Part shown: in pieces, positions 1-14,400 of the stretch
Numbering within the stretch: the first letter of the stretch is position 1
Layout of the letters: every line of letters starts with the position of its first letter
Origin: Orbicella franksi
Taxonomy: Eukaryota
Direction of reading: 5' to 3'
DNA length: 64,000 nt
Assembly: GCA_964199315.1 (NCBI GenBank)
Contig: OZ116702.1
Location: 33,170,001 to 33,234,000 of the forward strand
Notes under the pieces: generated by a model
What the model saw: the letters and a program-made list of their open reading frames with translations, nothing else
What the model was told of the DNA's origin: nothing
Databases searched by the model: none
Translations under genes and position numbers: made by a program

Positions 1-294
1 GGGAGGATGCAGGGGTGTGCACTCCCCCCCCCCCTGAGATGGCATATTGGCTTTTAAAATTTGTTTACCTCACCAGTCAGCTACATCATCCCTTAGTGGT
101 GCACCCCCCTCCTAAGAAAAATCTGGATCCTCCCCTACCTATACAGGCAGGCAGATAGATCCATGATACATGTAAATCAACAGTCAATCATTGTAACACT
201 TACAATCTACAAACAAACACTCTTTAAACTAGTCTAGACCAGATTGTGCTTAGCAGACAACCCAAGCTGTAACTATTTTTTTTTCCCTTTGCAG

Positions 295-608
295 CTGAAC
301 ATAAGAAGACTGTGGATCAATGTTATAGGACAGAGCCTCACTGTCTGTCCTCACATCCCCATGAACTCTGTCAAGGTGTCATACGCGATCAAAACTACTA
401 TGCAGTTTGCCGGGGTGTGTTAGCAGATATAGGAAGTGAAAAGGGCCTACTTCATTCCCCTCCAGGAGATGAGGAATTTAAAATGATGCTTGAGGACACA
501 CTGACAGAATGCATTACAGCACAGACAATTAAAAGAAAAGAGGCTATCGACCTAGTTGTGGGTTTACTTCAGAACAAAATAAATGCTCTAGCAAAATTAA
601 AGTCTTAA
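295..608 (+). CDS. Terminal coding exon of an unidentified gene extending left of the window
   Basis: Polypyrimidine tract plus AG (ttttcccttt gcag, ends 294), then an open frame (x)EHKKTVDQCYRTEPHC...LLQNKINALAKLKS* to TAA at 606-608. No family recognised. Confidence 0.65.
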
Positions 609-2088
609 TTAAGGTGTTGTTTCTTGACTATACATGTAAGTTATGAAAATAGATATTTGATAAATTGAAATCTTTGCCCTGCCTCTAGCTCTGTAGAATT
701 ATTGCAGTGCTGGAACTAACAATGCAGGTCTTTAATGACTTAAGTCATGTGACAGGTACAGAACCGGAAGTTCAAAGTTGTGGTCTCAATTGAGAGTTGG
801 GGCCTGGGACTGGATTCAATTGAAGCTACAATTTTTTGTCTGGGTCAGGTGGGTAGGGTGTTTGCTGCCTTCCAAAAATTGACTTTTGCGCTCTCCCCTG
901 CGGTCTCTTATTGGGTTTGCATTTCTAGCATACCGCACTTAACCTGTTAGATTGTCTATCCTAAGGAATGAAAGTTTTCACAATTTTTTCTCCCCATGTG
1001 TATGAGAAATGAAATTGGCAACCCCACTGATTGTTATGTTTTCAAGTAAATCTGGTCTTCTGATTAAGGATGGAGGAATATTAAAGATGTAAATTAATTT
1101 TGTCACTTGATTAGTTCTCGGGAGAGCGTAAAGCCTTTTTATTTGGAAGTATGTGACTTGCGCTGGCAGTAAAATATGTCCAAATATTTGTAAAGGTAAA
1201 GGTCAGCTCCTCTTATTAAAATAAACACGGGGGTAAGTCTCAAGGTATTTTGATACAAAATAATGGGCAATTAAACACAAACAATTGCTCTCCAAGAGTG
1301 GATTGCTCCGATAATGCCCACAGGTAATGACCACTGTCTACAGGCCGCTGCAGGAGTCTGTTTTTTCGACAGCCGCGAAAACCCAATTATTTCCCGCGCT
1401 TTGGCACCAAATAGCTTTGCTTTTTGCAAGTCTGTCGTGTTTTTTTAAAAAAGTTTCAAAGAAAAGGTATCACCAGATCTTAAGCTGGTTACTTGAGAGG
1501 GTGGAGTTTATTTTAATTAAGAAGTATGGCAAAAATGTTACAAGGAAAACTTCCAACACTTTTGCCCTCCATCATTACATCACGCTAAAACGTGGTAAAA
1601 CAATTATCACGAAAAACTATACTCTTTTGTGTCGTTCAATAAGCTCTTTCTGCTTGGTCTTTCAATGTATTTTACAGAACGACGGATTATTTCGATCGTT
1701 TTATATCCAACAAGAGAAGGCTCAAAACGAAGATAAACTGAAACAATTCACTTATCTCCCTGCTATCAAAAACATGGTACTTCAGCACGACTGTTATGCG
1801 GTGCTGTGTAAGTTCTCACGGCACTAAGAACCACAGCTTTCGTTTATCAACTTATTGATCTGATAACGTCCTTTTCACATGGAATAACTTCACGGCGAGA
1901 GTTTCCGCTTTGACGTTTCTCGTGTTACATCCAAACCCATTAGCTTTCAGTTCAGGTGAACGCCTCCATTGTGTTACTCGACGTGGTAGGAATATTTTCA
2001 ACGCCTTGACTGAACAATTAGCGGCACAGCCCGGCCACCGTGCAAAACAAGCTAAATAGTTGGCTGTGGAAAGCGTCTTGGAGCTAAA

Positions 2089-5000
2089 ATGGACAGATTC
2101 TTTTCGATCGCTGTGCTTCTCTATGTGTCTTGTCAATTCCAGGTAAGATTGAATGACTGTTTTTCGAATAATGTGTTCTCGTTTTACTGCTCCCGTTAGT
2201 TGATGTAATTGATTAGAAGGGTTAAGACAGATCGACTTTGACAGTGACAATTGAGCGAAGAGGTAGAGCTCGGAAAGCCGATCGAGTACTTTCGAGCCAA
2301 CTGTTTCTCAATACAGGATTTAACAGAAAATCCGAAATCTCTGAAGGGTTCTTAAAGAGGAAAACAACTAAAACCACGTACTAAAACGTAGTGAAGCCTT
2401 GTTTGGCGATTCTGTTATCGGACGTGCACTCGCTGAAGTGAAATATCTGAATCGACAAGTTTTGGACAACGAGCGAAGAACTTCATCGATATTTGAATTT
2501 TCGCCAAAATTTTTATCGCTGAAATAAAGGTGCACTGAAAATATCGCCTCGCTCGTGCGGGTTTTTGACACAAACAACTCGTGAATAAAACCCGGTACGT
2601 CGCACTTTCAATGAAGTAATCTATATATATATGGGCCATATAGGTATGTGCAGCCTTATATGGCGTTCGAGCAGTTTTGGTCTGAAAAAGACCGAAAAAC
2701 TACGTAGATTTTGACCATCTTGGTCTGCAATAGGAAAAATCAAATATTTTAGTTTGAAATAAGGTACAGGTGTCAAAGGTTCGGGCTACACACCCCTACC
2801 ATTAACTTTAGGGAGTATTCTCCGGGGGGGGGGGGGGAATCACAGGAGTATGTGTTTATGGAACATGTTTTATTGGCAAAATTCCTAACGTTTCTTTCGA
2901 TCGCAAATCTCCCAACAGACGCAGGCATTCTGGCCCGAGAAGAGTTAAAAACATACAACTGTACAACAACCCTTTCTTTTGTGATCATCTGGGTGAGGGC
3001 AGTCGCCAACAACAGTTCTTTACCGAACTACCCTCACCCGGACGATTACACTATACGAACTATTGATACTCCTGGGTTCAAACCATTTACTATGTAACCC
3101 TTTATTTTGTTGTTCATGCTAGCTAGAAGATCCGTCAGATTGCCTGCACCATCAAACCACTGCGAGACTGAAACATTCTATGCTGCATTTTTATCAATCT
3201 AAAGGAATATGTTAAATCCCCATCAAGACCCGAGGTCATTGTTAGAATATTTGTTTTGTTTAGTCTAAACAAAACGTCCAAAAATGAAACAAAAATGACA
3301 ACGATTCAATTGACACCCATGACCACAGGAAAAAAAAAATACCGCACGCCATTCGAAAGTAAAAAACGTTTATAGCTTGACGGAAATTTAAAACGTCGAA
3401 GTCTATAATATATGTTGCTTTTAATTTTTATTCCCTTGTTACACTTTCTTTATTGAAATCAATCGACATTTGTGCATAAAATTGTGATTTGGAGAACAAC
3501 GCAACTTTTAAGTGTTTGCATCGTTCAAGGAAATATTGGAATTAGTCGGCCCTTGGAAGTCCTTGAAAAGTCCTTGAAGGTACCGAACAACTTTTTTTAA
3601 AAGTATTTACGGGATTGAATTACGGGGATTTCATAGAGTTTAGCGAACGATTTTCTCTGTTGGATTGCATTTAATAAATTGCGTCCATAGACTTTCTGAA
3701 GCCTGGTGGTCTCTGTTTAACACTTCTCTCGGGAGGTGAACAATTTAAAAGCGATGTTAAAAAATCGGGCAGCTCACTCCAATGCCCGCCATTGGCGGCA
3801 AGAAGATGACAAAGGTGTTAATGAAGTCTCGAAATCCACTCCACGAGAAATCTTTCAACACTGATTCCTCGGCGGCTTTTCTCCTCTTTCACTTGTCAAA
3901 TCCGATCACTTGATTCGCGGCATTGTCAACCCTTTTAATCCGATGCAATCTCATATCAGTTTTGATCCTCTTTATCTAAATTGCCTGCTTGGAAGAGTGT
4001 TTTGTTTTTCATTGCGATGGGTTCTCTCCATCAAGTTAAGCTTCTGCTAAATGACAATTCACTCTCGCGGCTGGCTTTGTCTCACTGATGTTTTTATTTG
4101 TATCTTCTACCGCAAAACAAATCAATTAATATTTAGCTACCGTAAAAGTCAAAAGGAACCGCCGTCAGGCGACTTCTTTTTCGTTTTTCAGCAGCAGAGC
4201 TTGCGTGCGATGTTCTGGGTACTAGAAAGTTCGATTTTGTCAAGGCAAAATTCTCAAGTTTAAGTTCTTCTCCTTGACTGAGATAGTTTGAGATTACGAG
4301 CAGTGACTCCCGCTATCTCCAGGGTGGTCCGTCAAGGCTGGGAGTGATAAGGGTACAACAGAAACAAGGCGGTTTTCAAGTTGTCAAAGTGATCAACCAG
4401 GGGCGTGCAAGACTGGTCTCCGGTGTGTTATGAAAGGGAAAAACCCGCGAGTACCCAGGGGGTACTCCCTTATGTGGGCTAAATAGGTATGTGCGGCCCC
4501 TAAGGGTATGGTATTTTGAGCCGTTTTGGTCTGAAATAGGGGACCAACTTATGACTAACTTTTAGAAGCATTTCATGCATCTTTTTGAGAAATGTCAAGC
4601 AACTTGTTGGAAGCATTAGTTCAAAGACCTCCATCTACCATACGTGCTTGCGTCTCTTCAGCCATCCTTCACAAGGGAAGCATTCATACTCATTACACTT
4701 TTACAGATCTACATTTCTCTGTCAGGTGGCGTTGGGACAGAATGGAGACGGAGACATTTGTAAGGAGGTGGTCTGTCCAAGGGGACAAATGTGCATGCCT
4801 TTAATGGACAATGGAGTAAAGTTCACCGTCTGTCAATGTCCGAAATCCTGCCCCGCGGAGTTGAATGAACCTGTTTGTAGTTACTACAACAGAGAATTTA
4901 AGAACCGGTGCGAGATGCATAAGTACGCATGCGCACACGACTTGACTATGAAGGTCAAAAACCAAGGAAACTGCCCTTCAGAGAGTAAGTACCACAAGCA

Positions 5001-7000
5001 TTACGAAAGTTACACGTCACCCTTGCCTGCGTAAACGGGGAATGGGTACGGGAGGCGGAAAACACGACGAAGAAGGGGGAAAGGACTCCCCAATCCCCCC
5101 TTATTCCATCCCCATTCTCTGTCTCTCTCTCCTCTTCCCAATTCTCCCATTTTTTGTGTGTTTTTCACGCGCGAACATTGAAGCCAGGGATTCCCCGCTG
5201 CATGGCTTGCTCTGCTTGCATGTACCGATTGTGCGTCAGTCCCACCACTAGACCTTCGTGTAGACTACGTTATCCTGGACTCCTAAGCTCAATTACGAGC
5301 CGCTGCTTGCTGCTGCTGTTTTCGAAAATGAACTCTGAGTCCAAACCGAATCTTGCTGTAAGTATTTCGTTGTAAAGGGCTGTAAAAATTCACGATGAAA
5401 CAAAACATGGCGGTAAGGAAAATAATTTATTGGTGTCCTACTAAGCTAGAGAAAGTCAAGATTTTAAGCAATAAAATGATTTGTGTTTCTGTTGCAGATC
5501 CAAACGTCTGTTCAGATCTCCAGCTGCTTCAGTTCCCGAGCCGTTATTTGGAATGGATTATGGTTGCTCGTGAGCACTCCCTTGACCCTACCTTCAACTT
5601 AGACTTTGATGCTCGTGCTGATTCGCTCACTGAAGACGAACGTCGAGAAGTCCTTTCGGTAAGAACTTGACCTTTTTGGCAGCCCTGACCTAAGACGTCC
5701 GCAACATTTCTCAAGGGGAGCGTTGCGTGACGATCATCACCATGACAATTGCGCAGCGCAGCCTCGACCCCAAGGCGTTCTCTTCCTCTCGCGAATGAAC
5801 CGCAAAGAACACTTAAACGCCTGGGAACGGGTTCTTTGACCTCTCTTCTCGATCTCTCCTTGATCTCCAGGGTATCATGAAGAGTGAAAAATAGCTTTAA
5901 TTATTCTTGCGGGTGAAAAACGATTTCAACTATTTGAATCATCTTATAAATCGCCGAAATCAGCGTAAATTTCTGCTGCACATATATAAACATGTTTTTG
6001 GCCTCGACAGGCTCGATTCCTTGTCTTTTCACAAGCATGCGTTCCTTGCCTCGGAAGAGGATCACAACCGGCTTAAAATCAAAAGCCTACCTCCGTCATG
6101 GCTACCGGAAGGAAAGATCAAGTAGTCTTTCCCAAGGAACCATGATCTTGTCTTTTCCTTTTCACTAACAAATGCTTGTAACTTTGATGACGTTTCTTTC
6201 TTTTCATTCAGTGGGAATTTGAGTACATAGACAAAGACGACAATAATATTCTCGATACAGCGGAGATTGATGAGGTGTTTGATGATGTGCTTGACTTTGA
6301 GCCTTGCCTTTACGGCTTCCTGAAGTCATGTGACCTGAACGGAAGAGAAGGAATTGACAAGCGCGAGTGGGAGTCCTGTTTTCCAGTTACAGGTAACAGG
6401 CACACCAATAAATTGAGCTATCTAGTCCGCTCTAAAAAAATGTAAATCAATTAATCAGTCAGTCAGTCAGTCAGTCAGTCAGTCAGTCAGTCAGTCAATA
6501 AATTGAAGTTTACTGTGTAATACACTTAACTTTTTTTCAGCCAATCATGTTAAAATCCTGTTGGCTTAATTGCTTTAGCTGTAAACTTGAGTGTAGCCTG
6601 TTGCAGGCTCTCGGTCGGTGGGGACGATCAAAAACGCGGGCAGGCGACAAGCGGGGTCTGGTAGAGAAAAAGGAGAGCGTCGCCCGCCCGCTTTTTCGAA
6701 CCGAGAGCCCGGAACGGGCTAACTTGAGTGGTAAAAAATATTAACACTAGTATTGTTTCAAGCAACCGGCTGCAATTCAGTTTATGATCAACTCTTTGTT
6801 GTCTGTCTGAAGCAGCACGGATGGCTGTCTTACCTGCGTTCAGACCTTGTTTTTTTTTCGAGGCAAGGGGAGAAAAAGAAACGTCAAAATCATCTCACCA
6901 ATTCTTTATTCTGTTCACCTTTCAGTATCCTCAAATAATAATATGTTTTTCCTTCTTCTTGTTTTCTGTAGCTGGTACGGCTTTCGAAACCAGGAAATGA
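2089..7000 (+). CDS. SPARC: SPARC/osteonectin-family secreted protein (signal peptide, follistatin-N/Kazal, EF-hand EC domain); exons 2089-2142, 4726-4984, 5498-5658, 6212-6392, 6972-7000; 227 aa
   Basis: All GT-AG junctions keep frame. Signal peptide MDRFFSIAVLLYVSCQFQ|VALG; Cys pattern CKEVVCPRGQMC...CQCPKSC...EPVC...FKNRCEMHKYAC...QGNC; EC domain FPSRYLEWI...WEFEYIDKDDNNILDTAE...CDLNGREGIDKREWESC with two EF-hand loops. Symbol is family-level. Confidence 0.88.
2634..2837. mobile_element. Fragment of G/C-run-terminated interspersed repeat family; related fragments at about 4457-4545 and 15478-15831
   Basis: Shares the block ataggtatgtgc...gttttggtctgaaa with 4483-4537 and ends in ...gagtattctccGGGGGGGGGGGG. 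The similarity of 15478-15831 to 30730-31793 was judged by eye. Confidence 0.45.
6456..6495. repeat. (CAGT)10 microsatellite
   Basis: Direct reading. Confidence 0.95.
6594..6721. mobile_element. 128-bp non-autonomous DNA transposon, AcademH-like MITE
   Basis: TAG...CTA termini; imperfect 21-bp TIR (TAGCCTGTTGCAGGCTCTCGG / CCGAGAGCCCGGAACGGGCTA); perfect 9-bp TSD ACTTGAGTG at 6585-6593 and 6722-6730. TAG/CTA ends with 9-bp TSDs are the AcademH signature. Confidence 0.75.
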
Positions 7001-8472
7001 ATAGCAAAACCTTGTGATGCCTCAAGACGCGTTTGAATATTTTTCGCCCTCAGCTGTTGACTCATCTCGTTGGACATACGGTTCTTTATGGCTTCATTGG
7101 ATATGAAGTGTTGGGGTGGAAAACTTTTAACTGCTGTTTAAGCGAGTGGTAACCTTGACAGAGGAAGAGCTGTTACAAATTGCGCATTTTGAAAAATGAA
7201 TTTCGTTGTTGTTCTTTTTTGGTTTGTTGTAACCTCTGATGTCGTTTTTTTTTTTTTTGGTAGAATAAAGGTCGGCATACAGTTCAGAACATGTTGCGGG
7301 TACGTGAAGCTGGGACAAGCCTCTTCGTGTGTACCCACAGAACGCGTGTTGCAGCACACGAAGCGGTATGAGGCATAATAATTTGTTGTAGTGGGGACAG
7401 TTGGCAAGAGCTATGCACACCATGGGACATGTCTCTGCTTCATAACACGAATTCAACCCAACTGAATCTTATGCAATATGTCGCGGAGATAAAATTTGGT
7501 CCCCCCAACAGAACATTTTCGCAAAAACGGGCATGTCACACGAGGAAAACTGCAACTTGTTTCCGCTTCATGTTCCCCCGCAACATGTACCCAAGTGTGT
7601 GTGCCGACCCGGCTTGATATTTTGATGTTTCTTTTGGTTTCGCTGATGACTGTGTACATAGTGCTAGTGTTCCTTGGAAGTAGAATAAAGCTTTGATTGT
7701 TCTGTTAATTTTGTGATCCAGTACGTGAACTATTTCTGGTGTAATAATTCTAAAACAAATTTTTATCATCAAAATAGGTATTACGACTCCTAGGAAAGCT
7801 TGCAAAAAACGACATTCTCGTTGAAATATCTTAGCGTGTTGATTTAACGTTTTTTTTGTTTTAGATTTTGCCTATGGTGAGGTTCGCTGTGGGGAATTTC
7901 ACGTCAACAATCGCAGCAGAGTTTCAACACACAGACAAACATACAAAATTATTATTTTTTACGCCTCTTTCAATATTTCTCCCAATTTCAACATTTGTGT
8001 TTTTTTATAAAATATGTTTAGCCAGAGAACGTGTTTTCTTAAACAGCTTTTCGGATGGGACAATGAATAGAAAAAAAATAGGTTCTATCAGTGTAAGGTG
8101 AAAAAACACACAACTTTCTGCATAATTCTCCTACGCATGTGTTCAAGAGACGGAAAAGTCCAACTGATGACGCAGCAGCGCGTCTGATTGGTGTTACTTG
8201 CGCGGAAAACAACTAATCAGAGTGACCCCACGGAATTCTATTCAGTTACGTCATCGTCATTGATTTTCTCGGGACAAACTGAGTAGAACTGAAAACGCTT
8301 TGGCTAACAAGTTGTGAAGTGCGACCTTTACTTTCTCCCAATTGCAAACTCCACTGAGTAGGATACAATCCCAGTCCTCCAGATAAAAACTGTTATCAGT
8401 TGACCACCATTCGTAATGACCTTTTGACTCGTTTCGTTGAACTCCTCCATATAAAGTAAGAAGCTGAAGTCA

Positions 8473-11384
8473 CTAAGTAGCTTTACTATCCATCTCTGCT
8501 AAACTTTCAGTAATCATTTCTTTAGTTTCTTCGTCCTTTGCTTTGTCTGCGAGTTTGAACGCACTCTTGAGAGCGTCCTTGGCTTTTAACACATTCCCTG
8601 AAAGAAGAAAATAATAAGAAGAACATACTTTATTTATGTGTCAGTTGATGGTCTAGATGAGGATCTGGCTCCTAAGTGACAAGGAGCTAATTGGGGACAG
8701 TTTTTTTGTTACCTAATCGGCCGTAATTTTAGCGCTTTCCTATTCGGATTCTCTTTGTTGAGAATGATCGCCCTACGGGCGAGTGAGGCTCGCGCGCTTC
8801 ACACGCGAGGATCGCGCCTTCCGAAAACGTCCGAAAACGACTGTTTTGCAGTCTAGAGCAGGCGTATTGCTTAAGGCAGGGTCCATACAACGCCAGAGAA
8901 ATTTGAAAACGCAGCTTTATTTCTACGGTTAGGCCTCAGTACCGTCCACACTAAAACGTCACGAAAACGTCACGAAAACGGAGCTTTTCGAAAACGCTCT
9001 TGAAAGCGGAGGAATTTGAAAACGCCGGCCTTTCGTTTTCGTGTGAACGGAAAACATTTTGAAAACGGAGCTTTTCGAAAACGATGGCGTCACGATAATC
9101 ATGTGATTCCCATGACCAAGTTTTCCTCAAACACAAAATCCAAAATGACCGGTGATTGTTACGTTTTTGAATTCCTCGGGCGTAGTGTGAACGGAAAACA
9201 TTTGATGCATTTTCAGAGTGAAAACTGCGTTTTCTGAAATTCCTACAACGTAGTGTGGACCTCCTGGATGGGATGCTGGTACATCAAGGTTTAATACATA
9301 AATACTTCTGGGAGGAGAAAGGTACTGGAAATAAACTGTCTTGCCTAAGAACACGACAAAACAACTTAAGCCTTCCGGGCCGCTCAAACAGTCAGTCAGT
9401 GCTTGTAGTTAATTGCTCAACCGACTACACTTGCTACATGCAGGGTGCTAGGATGAAACTAACAAATAGCCAAATTGGAAGAGGCTAAGAATACCTTCTG
9501 AATTGAGGATCATTCCCAGATTAGCCATAAATTGGGAGAGGTGAGTGTTTTGAGTCTTTTCAGCAATGCGCACTGCCTCTCTGGCCATTTCTTCCGCCTG
9601 TTCATACTGGCCACTTTCTGCGTAAGCCTTCGCTAGGTTATTAAGGAGCACAGTTGTCTGAAAACAAAACAGTTAAAATCTCAGCAAATGGATACATGTT
9701 CGTCCCTTAATGGACGACTGCCATAAGCAGACAGTTAGTTAGTTAGCCCCCCTCCCGGTGCAGCCCCAGACAAACACTACATTGTCCACTTCCCTAGACA
9801 GCACAGCAGGTACTCGAGTAAAAGGACAAGGGTAGGAGTGATGCGACATGTGCAGCGAAAAGAAAAAAAAATCCTTTCCCTCGCGTATCTGCGCCTGCAT
9901 GCATGGTCTTGCTCCTTCACATTGCTCCAACTCACTCCATGTTGTAGATAAATCAATAAGAATTATCAGAGATACCTTCACCAAGTGACTACTCGTCCTC
10001 TGCTTCAGATCAAATTGGAATTTGGAGATGTTGGTTTTTGTGGAGGAAAGAAAACCAGAGAAATCGGAGAAATACCCTCGGCGCAAGGATGAAAACCAAC
10101 AACCTGGAACCCAACCCACGTCCGAGAGTTGAACCTGGGCCACATTAGTGGCAGTCCAGCACTATCACAACTGTGCCAGCCCTGCACCTCCGTTATAACT
10201 TGAGAACCCGCTTTGAAGGTTATGACCTTCCATAAATGGCCACCTCTCCCGAGCAGATTATTTTTTAGGTCCCAAGGATGTGTGCTTATGGAAGGCTTGA
10301 CTGTAGAAAGAGCATCCTTGTTGAGATCTGATACCATTCATACCTGTTCATGGTCCTCGCCCAAAACATCCTTAGAAATTTTCAGTGCTCTTGACAACAG
10401 TTGGGCGGCCTGTGCAGGCTGGTCCTGTGACAGGAAGTAGGTACCCCACGCCTCCAGACACACGCCTAAAAGTGCCTTACTGAAATAAATGTACATACAG
10501 ATGGTCAGAAGCTCTTAAAAAACACCACAGCAAAAAGGATGCACAATTCAAAAATGTTACGTGCTGTTCAGCAAACTCTCTGAAGAATGTTTTGGGGTGG
10601 GTGGGGGAATTGTGTGGAAGGAGGTTAATCTCCATAAAAACGCTAGTTAGAAGCATATTATATCTTTAAACAAACTATCAACTTATATGCCTGTCTTATT
10701 GATGCTTACAGTGATGTCCTAACAAGCATATCTCAAAACCTAGTGGAAAGATCCTGAATTGAATCAGTGCCTTAATTTTTGTGCATGATGCAGTCCTCTG
10801 AATTTAGACGTTTAACTGTCTCAGTAGTTAAAGGACTGTGTCAAATGCTAGTTGCTAAAAAGGTTCTTGACCAGTTTCCAGTTTTTAACCCTTTGGATCT
10901 CAAATCTTATTCTATTTAACAAAAAAAGTGTGGGCTGGACTACAGAGGCCACACTTACAGAAAGTACTCCAGATGCTATGAGACTACAAAATTAGTGATA
11001 TCATGTAATATCCTGGTCTAAATCATTTCCTCGTCATTCTTTTGCCAGGAAATGTTATGAGGTCTGCTTAACATTTCTGACCTGTTGTCTGATGCATATG
11101 GAATCTCATCAACTTTCTTTTGTATGGTGTCAGTAGTCCACTGAAAACCTTGCAAAGCTAAATCATGCCTGCAAGTAGTAACATAATTAATAGAATTTAT
11201 AATATCAGAGTGGCTTTCAATTGAGTCTCATACTACTAAAACCAAAACCAGACCAATAACTTAGTAATACCAATTATACTACTCAGCCAATCTCAAACTG
11301 TAGTAAAACCAAAATGTAATTGTCTGATTACTTTTGACAGTCAATTGAAAAACGTTCTATGTTTGCATGTCATGGAAAGATGCC

Positions 11385-11459
<75 letters not shown>

Positions 11460-14400
11460 TATCCTTACTGCATCTTTGAATAACATGCAAACTCTACTCA
11501 ATCAATGGTTTGGTGTTTCACTGTTGTCATATCATCTACGTGGACCCTCTCAGGAAGCAGAAGTTTGCTTCATCAGGTTCAAAAGGTCACGTCTGTGGTT
11601 GTGATTGGTAGATTTTGATCCATTTTGTTTTTTCCTTTTACAAGGTTCATTGGTCATAGTTGTAACTGTGATTGAGAGTAGCCAATAAAATTATCTCCTC
11701 AGAGCTTTATTATCTAGCTCTCTGCACGCACTGCAGGCCTATGATGAGGGAACATCATAGGCCTGCAGTGTGTGCAGAGAGCTAGATAATAAAGCTCTGA
11801 GGAGATAATAATATTACCAAAAGGCACATTCAGACAAAGGGGTGCAAAAGAAAATGTTACTATCCAAACGTCCAAGATTTATTAGATAAATCAACGTAGT
11901 GAAAAACATCATAGATTGGAAAGTTTCTTACTTTGATGTTGATGTTCTGACAATAACCTTGACTTTTGCTTACTTGTCTTGGTGTGCACATGATATGGAG
12001 AGCTTGAGTGACACTTCGACAACACTGTCATCTTCCTAGAATGGGCATACATGTAATGTTCAGAAGTTAGTTAACAAATTATGTTAAAAAAAATCCTGAA
12101 GAACAAATCTAATATTTCCATTACAAAATACTGAAGAGATTGTAAGAGCTCGAGCTCAAACTCAAGACACTTATAGCTTGATAAGGTGCAGAGATCGTGA
12201 AGGTTAGATACTTCACTCACAAAGATACAATGAAGCTGATGCTGATCGAGTTTCAAATGCACATTGTCTAACCTTTGGAGTTTCTGATGACAGAAGGTCT
12301 CGCAGTAACAAGCGGAAATAGTGCTCTGCCTAAAATGGAAAGTTCCATTCAGTATATAACATTATGTTAAATAAGTTATGCGTCACAAAGATATTCAACG
12401 ACAGGTTGCATTTAGACTCATCAAAAGATATTAGCAGACACAGTACAAATAAAGCTTTTTGTTGTTGTTGTCAAAGAACTGTAAGGTACCAGCTTCACAA
12501 TCATTATCATTTTTATACAGAAATACTCCCAGTTTTATTTTTGTTCGGACTGTAAATATGCCACAAAACAGTTGGCATCTGGAATCTCAAATGGGAAGTT
12601 TATTAATTTGATTTGTACATAGCCATTTTATGAAATAATTCATCTAAAATGCAGTGTTACAAATTTTCATGTCTTTCTTAGATAGCCAAAGCAACTTCCA
12701 TAGAATATGCATTACTACTTCTGGGGCACTGTCAACTTAACAACATGATAATCCTCAAACCAACATGTTAAACTCAGATTGACCACATAACAAATCAAGA
12801 TAGTCTAGCGATCTGAGTACTGTGCTGTGGCCTGCTTCTTAACAACATTGCTACATTCGGGCCTACCAAGTTTGGCCCTGCTGAGTTTAAATTACAGTGA
12901 GATACAAAAACCATAAAGAAATAACAGCTTACTGCTTTTTATGAACTACACTCTGATTTTAATATTAATTTATTTTACAAAGTAACATTATTTTATTAGA
13001 AGAACTTGTATATGCTGTACCTCATTCCATCTTTGAAGCTCAAATGTGTGATTTGCTAACTGCAGGTAAAACAGTAAATTATTATCATCATTATAACATA
13101 CCAAATAAATTTGTCTTTAGTAGCTGAAATTAACAATTCCACAACATGTTAAATCATCTCAATCTTGAAAGTTATCAACATTGAATTTATTTATTTTTTC
13201 CTTTATCTCTGCAGAGAACAATTATTGGACATTGTTGATCCTAATTAACAGTATGTAAGATGCGAGTCATATGTGAACTCAGTAAGTGAACTAGCTCATC
13301 ATGACCCCATCCCAGAGCATTGAACCTGTCTATGTGTGGGAGGTCATGAGTTTGACTCCGGTAAAGGATGTGTCATGCTTGTGATAATCAAATTTTCATC
13401 CTTCTCAGATGTAAATTAGACTACTTACAATAACATTATTATTAACAAATTGATGAGAATGAAACGTGTGACAAGAACAATGAAACTTGTCAAAAATTAC
13501 TTGAAAAGCTGACAAAGTGCATGTTCCCAAGTCAAACTACTCAGAAAATATATATCCCTAAAAATGGTCAAACCTATAAGAAGCTTGATTATTTAATTAG
13601 CTACGAGAAACTTATGTTCAGTGAGGCCATAAATTAGGTTTCTATCATCTCTTGCATTTATTGTAATTTGCAACATGATATTAAACCCTAGTTTGCAATA
13701 AGGACAGAACAATTATTTCATATAAAGACAATAGCAAGTTAAGACCTGGCTTAACACGAGTCTCCTATACATGTAGCTAAGTGTTTTTTGTTATGTGACA
13801 GTACCCACAAGGTCATGGATCTGACTCTGGTTGGGGGCTCAGAAAAATTCTTTTTTGTGGTTATTTGATGCGAATGTTTCTTCAGTCAATTCATTCTACA
13901 CACATCAAAATTCCACTTATCATTTGGTTATTTTAAAAATGTCTAATGATATTAAGTATCACCAATTTCTCGAACTCAAATTAAAAGAAGTGTGTCATAA
14001 TCCATTAGAAGAACAGACCTTAAGAATTGGGCTTAAAGTGTTTAAAGGCAAAATAACTCAAATAGCTGCCTTACCTCATCCAACACATATGTTAGGTACT
14101 TTTGTATTTTGATCTTATCCTTGCCTTCCTGTTCATTTAAATCTTCAGGAGAATATTTTTTAATTTCCCCCAGGTAATCGTGTATCAGTCCCAGAACTTC
14201 CTTTAACAATACGATGGCTTGTACCTTGTCACCATTGAGGGATTTTTTCTACAAAAGTAACACTCTTATTGGTAATAGTCAATATAGTAGTTATTATGAG
14301 AAAACAGATGGCACTTTTCACACTCTCAATTCCTTCCACAGAGATCTGTTAGTGACCGTGATTATCACAAAAATAAGAACTAATTTGAGAGGCTATGCAA

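Noticed and set aside
1327-1827. 166-aa ORF upstream of SPARC
   Set aside because: No recognisable motif or splice context; AT-rich composition typical of a chance ORF in promoter-proximal DNA.
11359-11604. Poly-isoleucine ORF
   Set aside because: It is the translation of the (AAT)25 microsatellite.
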